This document shows positions 34,059-46,478 of a DNA stretch of 64,000 nt, piece after piece (position 1 is the stretch's first letter; each line of letters begins with the position of its first letter). The DNA is taken from positions 59,458,001 through 59,522,000 of the forward strand of contig NC_087440.1 in the NCBI RefSeq assembly GCF_036321535.1, read 5' to 3'. The position numbers and the translations under genes are program-made. Under the pieces are notes generated by a model. It had not been told where the DNA came from and ran no database searches. It saw nothing but the letters and a program-made list of their open reading frames with translations. Origin of the DNA: Camelus dromedarius (lineage: Eukaryota).

Positions 34059-34869
34059 TCACCACTCACAGATTTTACTCCCATAACCTTATGGGGCTGC
34101 AGAGGGGCAGCAGTCTGTCTTCTGTAGCTACTTCAGGGCTGAGTAGGGGCGTTGACCCTGCCTATCAGGGAGTAAAAATCTCTGAATGCCTAATCTTGGG
34201 GCCCCAGGAGCATGACAGCTTCCTGTTCTGGGATGGCTTCTTTCAGTCCTGTGTGCCTGGATGTGTATGTATGTTGACACACAAGTCCAGCCTTAGTAAA
34301 GATTTCCCAGCCTCTCACATTCTTGAAGAGGCTCAACTCCACTGCACACTCTCCAGAAGTCCACAATCTTCCCCAGTGTTTCTGGAAAGTCCAAGGGTCT
34401 CATGTCCTTGAGATCACCTCTGCCTCCAAGCATCTATTTCTATAGCCATTTTAATTGTGTTCTGCATTTTCATGCACCTAGATGAATATTCTGTCTTTCT
34501 CTGGATTTCCAACCCAAAGCCTTTACTGATGCAGTGGACTTAACTGAAAATGTCAGGTGCGACAGAGTTAGGGTGTAGCCTGCAGCCACAGTGGAACCTA
34601 CAAGTGGAGACCAGGCAGCACCCCCATGGGGAGTGCCTCTGACTTCGCTCTGGGAGGTCTGGGACTCACACCTCTGGCTCCCTGGTCCTCCTTTGGGTCC
34701 CTGCTCCCTCTCCCCACTCTTACCACCATAGCCCCCCAAACTCTCCTGTTGTTCTGCACCTGCCAACACCAGACCCTCAAGGCTTCCCTTCTAATACAAG
34801 TGGTTTATGAAGGAATTTTCTTAAACAAGGGCCTTTCTTCTTCTAGCAACTGTTACAATAATAAAAATC

Positions 34870-35170
34870 TTGAGATCATACTCTATACACAGTCTTCATT
34901 CTGCCATGAAATTGACCCATTACATTTTTAGCACTTTCCCATGTCATTAAATACATAATGACATAGTACTTCATTAAATAGATGCATTCATTTCACTATT
35001 CCACTATTGTTGGGCATTCTTTGCTTTGGGGAAATTTATAAAGCAGACGTGATTCACTCAGGGGTGTGAATATTTTTAAGGTCCAATACTAATTGCCAAA
35101 TTGTCCTCCAGAAATCTGCAGTCAATTTGCACACTCCCTGGCCATAAAGGAGCGTGTCAAGTGACTTACT
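34870..35170 (-). mobile_element. L1ME 3' remnant
   Basis: 'gatcatactctatacacagt...ctttcccatgtcattaaata...aattgccaaattgtcctccagaaa'. Confidence 0.6.
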
Positions 35171-35715
35171 CTTTAAATGAATCGCTAATTTGGCATTGGC
35201 TATAGAAGAGACTATTTCAGGGCAGTGAAGTGTCTGGTCAGTCACAGCCACGGAGAGCCTGGGGTGTGGAGGGAGATCTTGGCCTGGCTGGACTCCAGGG
35301 CCTTAGGGCAATCCACAAACCTCTCAGGACCTCTCGTCCTGCTGCTCCACCCAGGCAAGGCCATTCACTGGCTCCTGTAATCCAAACCAGGCCTCACCCC
35401 TGCCTCCTGCTCTTGGAGATGTAATCCCCTGGGCATCTCCCATTCCACCCTGGATCTGCTGCCCTCGGCCGCGCCTCCCGGCTATTCCTCAACAGACTGG
35501 CACTGGGCACACCAGCCTGCTCCCCAGCTCAGGGGGAAACTGAGTCTGGACCGACAAGATTCACTTCTCTCTCCATCACTGGAGCGTAAGCAGGACCGTC
35601 AGCCAGCCCATCGCCCATCCCTCCAGTAGAGTATTTCATGGATTCTCCTCTCCCCTCCCCAGAGGTCACAGAGGTGCAAACAAGCAGAGCCTCGGAGCTT
35701 GTCTTTCCTTTCCAG

Positions 35716-35784
35716 ACCCTCTTCTTTCCTCTCTGGAGATGAGAGAGATCCAGGGAATCTCCCACCCTTCACTGTCAGACATTG
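35716..35784 (+). other. Candidate 69-nt internal exon, product unknown
   Basis: 'cttgtctttcctttccag' acceptor and TTG|GTAAGT donor; open in phases 1 and 2. Confidence 0.3.
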
Positions 35785-35890
35785 GTAAGTTCTGCTTTTC
35801 CCACCTAGTGAGCAAAACCCACATGTGCACAGGCAGCCGAGAAGCTGGCTGTCCAGACTATTTTTAAATCGTCTAAAAATACTGACTTAC

Positions 35891-35936
35891 CTCAGAGGCC
35901 TGTGCTGAAGGAGCTTGTTTAAGATATTGGATGAAC
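35891..35936 (-). other. Candidate 46-nt exon, product unknown
   Basis: Minus strand 'cattttctatttgtaaag' acceptor and perfect GAG|GTAAGT donor. Confidence 0.28.
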
Positions 35937-36512
35937 CTTTACAAATAGAAAATGCTTTGCGTCACCTGCTTTTGCACCTCACCGTTTCCTCCCCTGGGAA
36001 CCAAGCAGGAAGATAGTTATAAACTCAGGCTGGCAAAGGAACAGGGTGATGGGGGCACTGGGAAGCAAGCGGCCCTCGTGGGCTGGTAATTTGGGTTCTC
36101 TGGGCAACTGGGGGCAGACCCTGAATTGCCAGTCCCAGTTCAGGGTCCCGGCACGTAGAAGGTGCCCCATGAGTGTTGGTTGTTGATGTTTCCTTAGCTG
36201 GGACCATGCAGGTGACTGAGGCCAGCTGCATGAGATGTTATGATTTCCAATATCCCTGTTTGAGTAGAAGAAGCCTGGGCCCAGGCACACACGTGTCCAC
36301 CCTGTTTCTCCCCCACCCCCCTCCCAAGTCCTGGCACTGTGTCCCTGGGCTGGTCCCTTCCTTGGGACCTCCGCTTCCCCAGCATAAGCCTTCACTGCTG
36401 CCCGGTGGAGGCAGATCAAGTGCTCCCCTGTTCCAGTCAGGCACTTTGGATTTGACCTTGAGGCAGAGGCTCAGCTGCCCCAACAACCTGCAGCTCAGTT
36501 CTGCAGCGACAC

Positions 36513-36603
36513 CTCCCGCAAAGGTGGCCCAGCACGTCCTTGGCCACTGGCTTCCTGGGGCGGTAAAAATAGCTGAGGCCCTGCAGCTGCTGAATGATGA
36601 GTT
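36513..36603 (-). other. Candidate 91-nt coding-like exon, product unknown
   Basis: 'catctccttccag' acceptor; LIIQQLQGLSYFYRPRKPVAKDVLGHLCG with 24 of 29 codons ending in G/C; weak GAG|GTGTCG donor. Confidence 0.25.
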
Positions 36604-37370
36604 CTGGAAGGAGATGATTGATTCTCACAGCTGAGCCACGGGGTCAGCGAGCGCTGTGCAGGGGCAGGCTGAGGGGCTGGGGTGAAGGCTGACCTGCCCG
36701 GGCTGTTACAGATAGAGCTGTTGACAGAGTGATCCAGCCCTCTCCCCACCTGAGAGGAACACAGAGTAAGCTAATTAAAAGGAACTGCAAAGGGCTCTTG
36801 TGAGATGCAGACCGTGCACCATTTTCTTTCAGGCCAGACTTGACCTTTTTGGAAATGTGCAGTCATTTCCCCTTTTTCATTTGGGACAGGATTCCAAGTA
36901 AGGAGGGAGTAACTTTCCAGGGACGGCGACGGGGTGGTAAAGCGAGAGGAGCCCCTGCTTCCTCTCAGACAATGGGGAGGAGCTGTCGAGGCTTATGAAA
37001 CACCCCGGGGACACGGATGTCAGGCAGCTCCCGCAGGCCTGGAATTCGCTCTCTGCCCTGCCTCGGGCTGCAGCAGTGCTCCGCCCCCCTTGCCAGGGGC
37101 CTGGGCTTGGGCCATCGACCAGGGCTGCTCCAATTCATCACTGTGATCTAAGGTGAACCGTGCACACGAAGCTCCTGACCAGTAACCGACTAGCTTTTAA
37201 GCCAGGACCCACATCATGAAGCTGTTGGGCTGTGGACAAGTAAACAGCTGGAAGGGTGACGTTGCACAGCTGGGCCAGATTCAGAGACCGCCAGATGTGT
37301 TTACTTTACGGTGCATGTTTTTTAGGCAGTCTCTAGCCCACTGCTCTATAAAGTAGTAATGATACAGTTT

Positions 37371-37386
37371 GAGAGAGAGAGAGAGA
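37371..37386. repeat. (GA)8 microsatellite
   Basis: Read directly. Confidence 0.9.
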
Positions 37387-38379
37387 AAGAAGAAATTGCT
37401 GGAGGAGGGAGAAATTAAGAGGCAAATGAGAAAGGATATGTTTTCCTATGAGATTATTAAAAGGGATGATGAGTTGATGAGGTGTCCAGACACAGAGAGA
37501 TCGTCCAGATGGGCTGCAGCTCCCCAGGAGAAGATGCTGCATTGTAATCAGAGCAGAGGGACCGGCGAGACCTATTGGTTTCCATGAAAGAGACGGAAGG
37601 AAGATTGCAGAGGACCCTGGGTTAGGACCACAGGCTGGCAAGAAACAGACCCTCCCTTTGTCTTTTATGCTCCCTGTGGGACATTCAGGTGTGTCTTGGT
37701 CTTTCTGCAGTCACATGAGATGCAGGCACTTGGCTTCCTTCCTTGCTGTTCTTTGCTCAGAGTTGGGGTTGTAGACATTGTAACTGGTGCAGAAAAGAGA
37801 TTTCAGAACAGGAAAAGAACAACCCTAGGGGTTACCTCCAGGTCTGTCCCTCGTATTTGTGGGAGACAAATGGAGAGTCCTTCTCTTCCAGACCCTCCTC
37901 TGTCCCACATGGTGAGAGGTCTTGCGCACACGCACATGTAAGGACTACCCAGGCTGCACGTCCAAGCTCCATCTCTACACCCCACGATAAAAGCTTGGCC
38001 ACTACCTGGGGCGAGCAGTGTGCACATGGGCCACCCTTGGGAGGACAGACCTGGGAAGAGACCACAGGCTGGGGCCACTTGCGCATGGAATTTCCGGGGT
38101 CCGGTTACCTGGAGCAAGACTAGAGGGAGGTGACACTGGATCTGGGTGGGCTCATCCCCCTGGTTCCACAGACCTCTCATTGCCTCATGGAAAGTTGTGT
38201 GACCCAGGAAGGGTGAGGATGGGGTCCCCGAAGTGCGGGGCAGAAGGTGGGGACCTCAGTTGCCCAAGTCTGAGTCTGGTACTGAGTATGTTAAACTCAA
38301 GCTGTCCAAAACAGGATGAATTTCCCACCTCCATCCTGCCTCTACCCCATCCTCCACCTCCAAAGGAACCCTGAGAGTG

Positions 38380-39090
38380 GAACTCCTCTCCCTTCTCCAA
38401 AGCAGCATTCAGTTCCAGTGATTCCAACTCCTCCAGAATCTTCCTTCTCTTTCAGCCCTCGGCTACTGCCCAGTGACAGCTCTCACTTGTGCCTGGACTG
38501 ATTTCCTGGCCTCCTGGGTTGATCTCCTCTGCTCCCATCTCCACACTGCCACCCCAGCAATTTTTCCCCAGGGTAAATATGACCTCTCCACCCTCTGTCC
38601 TACTTAAAGCTCTTCAGGGGCTCCCCGTGCCAACAGGATCAAGTCCAAGCCCTTCAGCCCAGCACACAAATCTCTCTCTGACTCTCCCCTGTCCACCTCC
38701 AGTCTCCCCCAGCCCCCAGCTCCTGAGCCTTGCCAGATTCATTCACCGTTAATGCAACAGGCCCTTTCTGACCTCTCTGCCTTCTGGCTCATTCTGCTCC
38801 CTCTACCTGAAGTGACCTTTCTTGTCTGCCTGGTCAACCTGCACTCACTTTCTCCCAGATGGAAACCTTTCCGATGCCCTCTGCTCTCCCTTCCCCCCCA
38901 GGGAAAATTGATCCTCCTCTTTGTAAACTGAGCTGATGCCCACATCACAGCAATTAACGTATTCTCTAGCATTTACTTGTTTACAAGTCTGGTTTTTTTC
39001 CTAATCAGCCTTTAAGCTCTGTGAAGGCAGGGGCAATATTGTCCTCCTTGGCATCCCTGTGCCTGGCATGGAAGCATGTGTTGAACTGAA
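38380..39090 (+). mobile_element. L2 LINE 3' region
   Basis: 'cttaaagctcttcaggggctcccc...atcaagtccaagccc...taagctctgtgaaggcagggg...gtgcctggcat'. Confidence 0.8.
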
Positions 39091-39564
39091 AGAGAAAAGT
39101 GTAGCTGTGATCAGCACTTGCTGCCACAGATCGAATCCTGTGTTGATGAGGATACATGGCTTGGCTTGTTTTTATCAGATACTGTATATGGTAACAATTC
39201 CTAAACAATGGGCAGGAACTGATCATGAGTTTCAGGCATGCATTCAAGACATGGATGAATCCATAAAAGGTGCTCCGTTTTGCTGAGAACCCTTGGCATC
39301 ACCAGCCCTGAGTGCTGGAAAGGCACTCAGAGCCTGCAGGAGTTCCAGGCCTGTGGACTTTGTGTCTCAGGTGCCAAGGTCATCTCAGGACGAAGGTCAG
39401 GTCAGTCACTCTGGCCACTTTGCTTGGCATCCACTTCCTCCAACGAGGGCTTCATCCTCACCCTTGGAAGGGGAGGGAAAGGGGAAAGGGCAGACAGGTG
39501 GTCAGGGCCCAGCTGCCCATCTCATCCATCCATGATGCATTGAATGGGCTAATGCCAAAGATCC

Positions 39565-39690
39565 CGTCAGGAGCAAAGCACAGCCCTGCCCTTAAAGGGC
39601 CCACACTCAGCTTGGAGGACAGGGAAATAAACCAGCAGTAACAAAGCAGAACACCTGCCAAAATAGGGTGAAATACCAAATGGTGGGAGG
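39565..39690 (-). mobile_element. L2 fragment
   Basis: 'agcacagccctgcccttaaagggcccacactc...gggaaataaaccagcagtaac'. Confidence 0.5.
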
Positions 39691-39719
39691 ATCCTGAGTG
39701 TGGACTGCTGCTCAGCTCC

Positions 39720-40020
39720 TTCCCGTGACTTCTGGCCCTGCGTGACCCCAGCTTGCCTGCTCTGCACTCCCCTTTTCACCTTCCAGCTTCTGCTGAATAT
39801 CACTTCTTCAAAGAGGCCTTCTTCCATCCCCTACCTGCGGCAACTTCTCCACTTGAATCCTTGCTATTTGCTCTCAGCTTCTCGCTTATTTCCTTTAAAA
39901 TGCTTACCAGGTGTGACCATTTAATTTATTTGTGTTTTATACCTCTCAAATCCACAACCTAGTACGCTCCCACAGAGGCTGCACCCCTCTTGTGTTCTCT
40001 TGTATTGACAGCATCGGGCT
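39720..40020 (+). mobile_element. L2 fragment
   Basis: 'ctgaatatcacttcttcaaagaggccttc...tgcttaccaggtgtgaccatttaatttatttg'. Confidence 0.65.
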
Positions 40021-42117
40021 CATCGATGAGACTCCATAATCTTTCATGAAGTAAAGGAAGGGAAAAAGGACTCTGTGGGTTCTCTGGTATGTGGTGGTGT
40101 GAGGTGGGGGGAGACGGCACGGAAGGCTTCCCAGAGACAGGACATTTGAGTAGGGCCCTGCAGCATTATTAAGTGTTTGCCAGATGGCAGGGCCACTGCA
40201 GGTGTACTCGCAGGGCTACACGTAGCCCGCCTAGGATGGGAGGGAGGGGCACAACTGCTATTGGCAATCTGTCCCTTTTCGTGTACAGCCTTCCTTAATG
40301 GATGCGGCAAGGTCATCTATTACAAGTCTACTTTGACACATGTGCCTCTTGGGCAAGCCTACCCAAGCTAAACAAATTCAGCACAAGCTGAACAATTGGA
40401 ACCCGGGGAGCTACCTGAGCTACCAATAAGGACAGCCAGGATACTCGAGTGACCTCAGATGATTCCGAAACCTGGGAAAAATACTCCAGCGAGCCCAAGT
40501 CATCTGATCATAAGACTCATCTCCTGATCACCTCTGACTGCTTACAAAGAGCTGGCCAAGGACATTCCAGTTCTGCCAGGCCACCGGGCCAAGTGCCCAG
40601 GGACAGCGATCCACTTCGCTCTCCTCCCATCACACCCAAGGGACAGCACACAGGATGGGACTGCATCCCACAGGCTGGCAGACACTGGCCCCGGCGCCAG
40701 CAAAACCACCACCACCTTTGCACTGGGCCGGGGGAGGGGCTGTTGCTGGCAGAGCCCTGGTGATTTCTGACACCCAGGCTGACACCATCAGCAGGGCACC
40801 AGGCAGGGTCTCTCCCTCTCAGTGATTTATGGACACTGAGTGAGTCAGTCCTCTTTTTCTCCTTTTCTTCTTTCTGTCCCCTCCTCCCACGACAAATGGG
40901 TTTCACACACTGTGGGCACTCTGTGTGCAGTGACAAAGCCAAAGAGTTTCCATTTGTCTGTCTCCTCTCTGCACCTGCTGTCAGGGGATGATGGCTGTTG
41001 GTCCGTGGCCACATCCATTTTGCTGGCACTTTCAGCTCTTTGCGTGGTGCTTGGTCTGCAGCACCAGCAATCACTTTCTTGCTATGGTTTTGTCGGTTGC
41101 CAGCATCCACCTACCACCTAGAGTAGACCTGGCTCAAGACTGTTAGGTCAGGTTTTTCTCTCCCTCCTTCTCTCCCTTCCCTCCTTCCATCCATAAGAAT
41201 CCATAATCTTAGCTTGGTTGCTTGGCATGAAAACTCAGGGGGTTGACGTTTCCTTTCCTTAAAGTACATAAGTCAATGAAAGCTGCCCTCTCAAGACTAT
41301 CACTAGGCAGCTGGTGCCCTGAACCCGCTCTGTTTGTGCTGTACTGTGAATGGGCCTCGGGCTCTCTAAAAATCATCCCTTTGCTCCAAGAGGTCAAAGA
41401 GGGGATAAGAAAATGGCATCACCTCTCTGCTGTCCTCAGGTGCCCCTGCATTGCTCTCATGCTGCATCAGGAGAGTGGCGCCCTCGGAGTCTGGACCGTG
41501 GGAGAGGCACAGCCAAGACAGAGTGGGAGGGATGGAGGGCAGCACCTCCCGGCATCACCAGCTGTGAAAGCCATAGTGCCTTGGCAAAGAATCAGCACTC
41601 TTACGCCTGCAGGGGGCATTTGGACATTTACTAGGCAGAGGCCAGCATCTCCAGAAAATCATGAGCAAAAGGCAGGAGCAACCACCCGAGGAAGTCAGGC
41701 CCCTTTCCCCCTGCCGTGCACTGGCGAGTGGGGGAGAGGGTAGGAAACCCAGCACCAAGACTCCCACACTCACCCCACAGCCGCCCCGCTGCATCCTGCT
41801 CAGGAGAACTGACATAAGCCGGGCCAGTTGGGTGTCACCTCCAAATGTGGCAGCCAGCAGCAGGACACGTGAGGTCTCAGGGAGGCCAGGGCTGCGTCTC
41901 CAAGTTGACTGGGCTGCCACATGTGGCTGCCATCCCTCTGGTCTCTGGTGGCCTCCGTGGCCTCCACTGGCCTGCCTGTTCCTCTTTCATCAGCAGAGCC
42001 AAGCCAAAGTGCAGGCTGGAGACCCGGTTGCTTTGAGGCCTCCTGGGGTGTGGGGCGAGCACGCACAGTGCTCGTTTCAGGAGTTCTGCTCCCAGGGTGC
42101 TGGCTATTGGGGCTGAC

Positions 42118-42300
42118 TAGTAATGTATGCTACCACCTGGGAGCGCTTTCTCTCAGGGAGCAGGCTGAGTACTTTACATTATCTCATTGAAGCCTCTCAA
42201 CCACCTGTCAGGAATGCCTTCTTTTCCAACTTTTGCAGATGAGGAAAGTGAACTTCCTGAGAGGTTAGAGAATAATCCAAGATCACATAGCCAGGATCTC
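42118..42300 (-). mobile_element. MIR SINE
   Basis: 'ctttacattatctcattgaagcctctcaacc...ttttgcagatgaggaaagtgaa...ccaagatcacatagc'. Confidence 0.72.
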
Positions 42301-42379
42301 TTGAGAGAGCCAAGAGTTCCATGCATGCCTCGAATGCTCATGTGCTTAATGAGTAAATTATACTGCTTTCTTCCATGAA

Positions 42380-42693
42380 GGTTATTGGGAATCCATAAGT
42401 TTAAGGAGCACTAGGTAAACTGGTTTAAGTTGCAAACAATAGTTAAATGCAGGCTGTGCAGATAAAGCAGTTAGTTACCCAGAATACGGACTGGGACAAA
42501 GCAGAAATAGCTCCTAGCCCTCTGATTCCCAGGATGGTTCTAAGGCAGCCACCAGTGGCTAGGGTTTCCGGTTAATGGGGGGCTCAGAGCACACCTCTCA
42601 GTCCCACCTGGACTTACCTGGCTGGGATGAAACCTCAACAGTAGAACCCCAAGGACATGGACATCTTTGGGGCACCATTATTCTGCCTACCAC
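42380..42693 (-). mobile_element. Old MaLR LTR (MLT1H/I/J-like)
   Basis: Ends 'atggacatctttggggcaccattattctgcctaccaca'. Confidence 0.55.
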
Positions 42694-42694
42694 A

Positions 42695-43308
42695 CACAGG
42701 TTTTCTCATTTAGTCCTCACAGTAGCCACATGAAATATATATTCTTGTTATACTCATTTTACAGATAGGAAAAGTGAGGCTTCCAGAATTTGTGTGACTT
42801 GTCCAAGCTCCAATTGTCTTAGTCTGCTTGTGCCACTATAACAAAATATAGACTGAGTGACCTAAACAATAAACATTTCTTATAGTTCTGGAGGCTGAGA
42901 GTCCAAGATCAAGGTCCTTGTAGATTTGGTGTCTGGTGAGAGCCTGCTTCCTCGTTTGCAGAGGGCTATCTTCTCACCATATCCTCACATGGCATGGCGA
43001 GGGGGAGGGGGAGGGAGGGAGAGAGACAGACAGACAGACAGACAGACATCTCCTGTCTCTTTCTCTCTTTGTAAGGGCCTTAATCTCATCATGAGAGCCC
43101 CACCCTCATGACCTCATCTAATCCTAATTACTTGCCAAAGGCCCCACCTTCGAAAAGCATTGCACTGGGGATTAGGCTTCAGCATCTGAATTTGAGACAC
43201 AATATCTGGGCACCAGTTTTCAATCCATAGCTGTCACGTGGCCAGGAAGTGTCAGAGCTGGAGTTTCAACACAGATGATCTGACTCTAGTACGTTCTACT
43301 GCCTCGTG
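42695..43308 (-). mobile_element. MIR split by an MLT1A insertion (pieces 42695-42812 and 43233-43308)
   Basis: Left 'ctcattttacagataggaaaagtgaggc...gacttgtccaag'; right 'gtcacgtggccaggaagtgtcagagctggagtttcaacac'. Confidence 0.7.
42815..43232 (-). mobile_element. MaLR MLT1A solo LTR with internal G-run and (GACA)n tract
   Basis: 'tgtcttagtc...gttctggaggctgagagtccaagatcaagg...ctcatgacctcatctaatcctaattac...ttcaatccatagc'. Confidence 0.9.
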
Positions 43309-43354
43309 ATATTTTTCATAAGTGATACACTGTATGGCTCTTCTGTAGCCATTG

Positions 43355-43605
43355 TTTTTTATTGAAGTGTAGTTGATTTACAATATTGTGTTAGTTTTAG
43401 GTGTACAGCAAACTGATTCAGTTACGTGTGTGTATATATATATTCTTTTTTCTTAAATTCTTTTCCATTACTGGTTATTACAAGATACTGAATATAGTTC
43501 CCTATGCTATACAGTAAACCCTTGTTGTTTATTTTATATATGGTGGTGTGTATCCATTAATCCTATACTCCTGATTTATCCCAACCCCCACTGCCCTTTG
43601 GGAAG
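43355..43605 (-). mobile_element. Cetartiodactyl-type L1 3' end, nested in an older L1ME remnant
   Basis: 'ttttttattgaagtgtagttgatttacaatattgtgttagttttaggtgtacagcaa...gatactgaatatagttccctatgctatacagta'. Confidence 0.85.
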
Positions 43606-43744
43606 CCTTTTTTTTAAACTCCATAATGTATTTTGACCATGTTTCTATATGAATAAATAAATATCTACAACATTATTTTAATGACTGCACCATGAACGGG
43701 GTGAGGAGAGTAGAGTCCACGTTCCTCTACACGATACTCACACG

Positions 43745-43880
43745 GTCTTACTTTTTCATGTCTTTGTAAAACGAGGACAATAATGATAATACCTACCACG
43801 CGATGTTGGAGACTTAATGCGTGTAAATACAATTTACAAATCATACCTTTCTACATAAGTGTGTCATCATCATCATCATT
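43745..43880 (+). mobile_element. MIR fragment
   Basis: 'ctttgtaaaacgaggacaataatgataatacctacc'. Confidence 0.55.
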
Positions 43881-44079
43881 ATGATTAATTATGTGCCAGG
43901 GTGGGGGGGACTCCCCGCTGGTTGGGTATTCCAGGGAACAGAACTGCTGATTATCTGATGTGCTCACTTGGGGAAAATTCACCTCTGATTTGTGCCCCTT
44001 TTTTGTATGTTATATGTTAGCGCAAAATTTACGTGAAAAAAAAATACTCTGTTCCTCCTTTTCTCTGGAATTAAGTGCC

Positions 44080-44400
44080 AACTTCTGACTCTGGCATTCG
44101 GGGCCTTCTAGACTATGACTGGACATATCTTCTCAGCCTTTCCAACTGGTGCACCAGGAGGTGCATCCATCTTGTCACCCATCCTGTGCTTTCTTGCTTC
44201 TTCGTCTTACTGCCTGGTGCTGTTACAGCTTACCCTTTAAGACCTTCTCAAGTGTCGCCTTCTCTCTGCCTCCTTCCTTGATCCCTGGTCAGCCTCCTCT
44301 TCTGAGTTGCCTTCTTCCTTGAGTTCACACTCTTTGTGTTCTGCTCATCAGAGACATTCTGTCTACAAATACTCTTTGAATGGAGCTTTCTAAAAGCCCT
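44080..44400 (+). mobile_element. L2 fragment
   Basis: 'ctggcattcggggccttctagactatgactgg...ttactgcctggtgctg...ccttctcaagtgtcgccttctct'. Confidence 0.5.
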
Positions 44401-45001
44401 CTTCAAGGCCTGCAGTCCTGGAAGTTCTCCTTTGGAAGCCCCTCCCTTTCTCACGGACAACACTGACTTTATCCAGCCCTGCCCTGGGAAGTCTGATGGT
44501 TGAACACATTTCTGATTTTACTCAAGAAAAGCCTTACAACTTGAAATAGAACCAGTGCTGTTTTTGCCCCGCCTGGAGGTTCTCTGTATATTCTTCCCAG
44601 CTAAAGTGTAAGCTCCAGGAGAACAGAGACCATGCGTCGAATGTGTTCGTATCCACTCCCCACTGGCCCCGACCGTGGGCAAGCGTGATGGTGTGTACAG
44701 AGGAGAAGCCCCATGGGTAACGCCATGCTGGTTACTGGTTTGCGTGGGGTGGAGCATATTACTAACAGAGATACCACTGCCTGCTTTCCACACCATCCAG
44801 GGCTCTTTAACAGTCAAAGGGAAAGACACCTGGCCATTGTTAGCTGTCCTTGAGCCAGAGGAAACAGGGCTGCAGGCTGACTCCCAGACCACAAGGCTCT
44901 GACATGGCAGGTGGCTTGTACTTAACTAGCTGGGAACCTTTCTGCTAGGGAATTGATAAAATCTTTCCTGTTGTATTGGTTCTACATAGAACATGTTAGA
45001 C

Positions 45002-45302
45002 CAGGCGTTGGCAAACTTTTTTTATGGAAAGGGCCAGAGAGTAAATATTTCAGGCTTTGTGGGCCATATGGTCTCCGTCATAACTGCTCTGCCCTTGTTA
45101 GGGTGAGGGCAGCCACAGACAACACATAAACAAATGTGTGGCTGTGTTCCAATAAAACTTTATTGTGGACACTGAAATTTGAATTTCGTGTTATTTTAAC
45201 ATCACAAAACAGTATTCTTTCGATTTTTAAAAACCATTTAAAATGATAAAAAAAAAAAAAAAACCCTTTCTCAGCCCATGGGCTATAGTTTGCCAAACTC
45301 TG
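45002..45302. mobile_element. MER58B hAT-Charlie MITE
   Basis: TIRs CAGGCGTTGGCAAACT (45002-45017) and AGTTTGCCAAACTCTG (45287-45302); 'gtggctgtgttccaataaaactttattgtggacactgaaatttgaatttc'. Confidence 0.9.
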
Positions 45303-45759
45303 AGCTGGATCACCAAGGGGAAGATGTCTTTTTTTTATGGAAATGCTTTTCAGACCACTTGGGATGGAATCACTGAAGGGTGGCTGAGAAAGCCTCTTAA
45401 AGGAGCAGCTTCCTGGTCCCCACACCCAACCCACTGAAACTGATTACCTGGGAAACTGCCCCAGAACCCGCAGTTTTAGCAGATTCCCTTATGTGATTGT
45501 GAAATACATTAAGTGCGGGGAACCATTTTAGCTAAAAGGAAACCGAGAGCTTTTCAACTTCAGCAGGAAAATGAGACCAACCAACAAAACAAACCCTTCC
45601 TACCTACACAGTTTTCTTTTAGGACATTATTTAAGTCACTCTGGGTCCTCCTATTTATAAGTGGTTTTAATCTTACTCAGACCCCAAGTGCTGTGTTTTC
45701 CAAAGAGAACGAGTGAGCCACTGAGCCCGTCTCAGATACTATCAATTGCTTATCCCGTG

Positions 45760-46478
45760 TCCACTTTCCCTATTTTTCTTTCTAGTTAAAAGAATCCAGG
45801 TTTGTTCTGGCATTTAGCCTTAAGGAAGGGGACCCTTTGGCAGTCATGTTTATCCCTTCTGCCAAATGTTTATCTTCAGGATGGCTCTTCGGGAAAAAAA
45901 GCCCTATCTGTGGTGTTTGCCAATTCCTGTGGTGTAAATAGGCCCAGTGCGGCCAGTCTCAGGCTACCAACAAGAGGTCACCAAATGGACGGTGTGGGAA
46001 GAGATGTGAGCAGCCAGCTCTCACAAGCTGGGACAAGCTGCCATATTGCCACTCAGGGGTCGACAGTCAAAATCGATCATAGGGATCCCATCCCTCTGTA
46101 GTGATTGGCTTCTGGCCAAGAAATATTCCGGGATGGGATTAGGTCCTTTAAGAAAAGTTTTCTTTATCAATAAAGGAACAGATAGCTTCTCTTAATCCAC
46201 TGCAGTAACTCATGTCCCACTGCAAGGCGGAACAGGCAGTCATCTTGGGGTCCTGAAGGCAGCTGGCCTGGGGACAACTGATACATCAGGGATTGCAGAA
46301 CAGAGACAGGGAAAGGACCTGGGGCCTTGGTGATGTGATCAAGCTGCTGAATTAACCAGATCTGACAGCACTGTGTATCGGGACTTCTAGTTATATGCAT
46401 TCAGAAAAAATTCCAGGTTGTTGAATATCTTTGGGCTGGGGTTTCTGTTACAAGCAGCCGAGAGCTTCCCAAGTGATG
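45760..46478 (+). mobile_element. Old MaLR LTR (MLT1J/K-like), degraded
   Basis: 'gcagtcatcttggggtcctgaagg...gatgtgatcaagctgctgaattaacc...gggacttctagttat...ggggtttctgttacaagcagccg'. Confidence 0.55.

Noticed and set aside
39144-39222. C/D box snoRNA (TGATGA...CTGA about 80 nt apart)
   Set aside because: No terminal stem and no clear C'/D' boxes.
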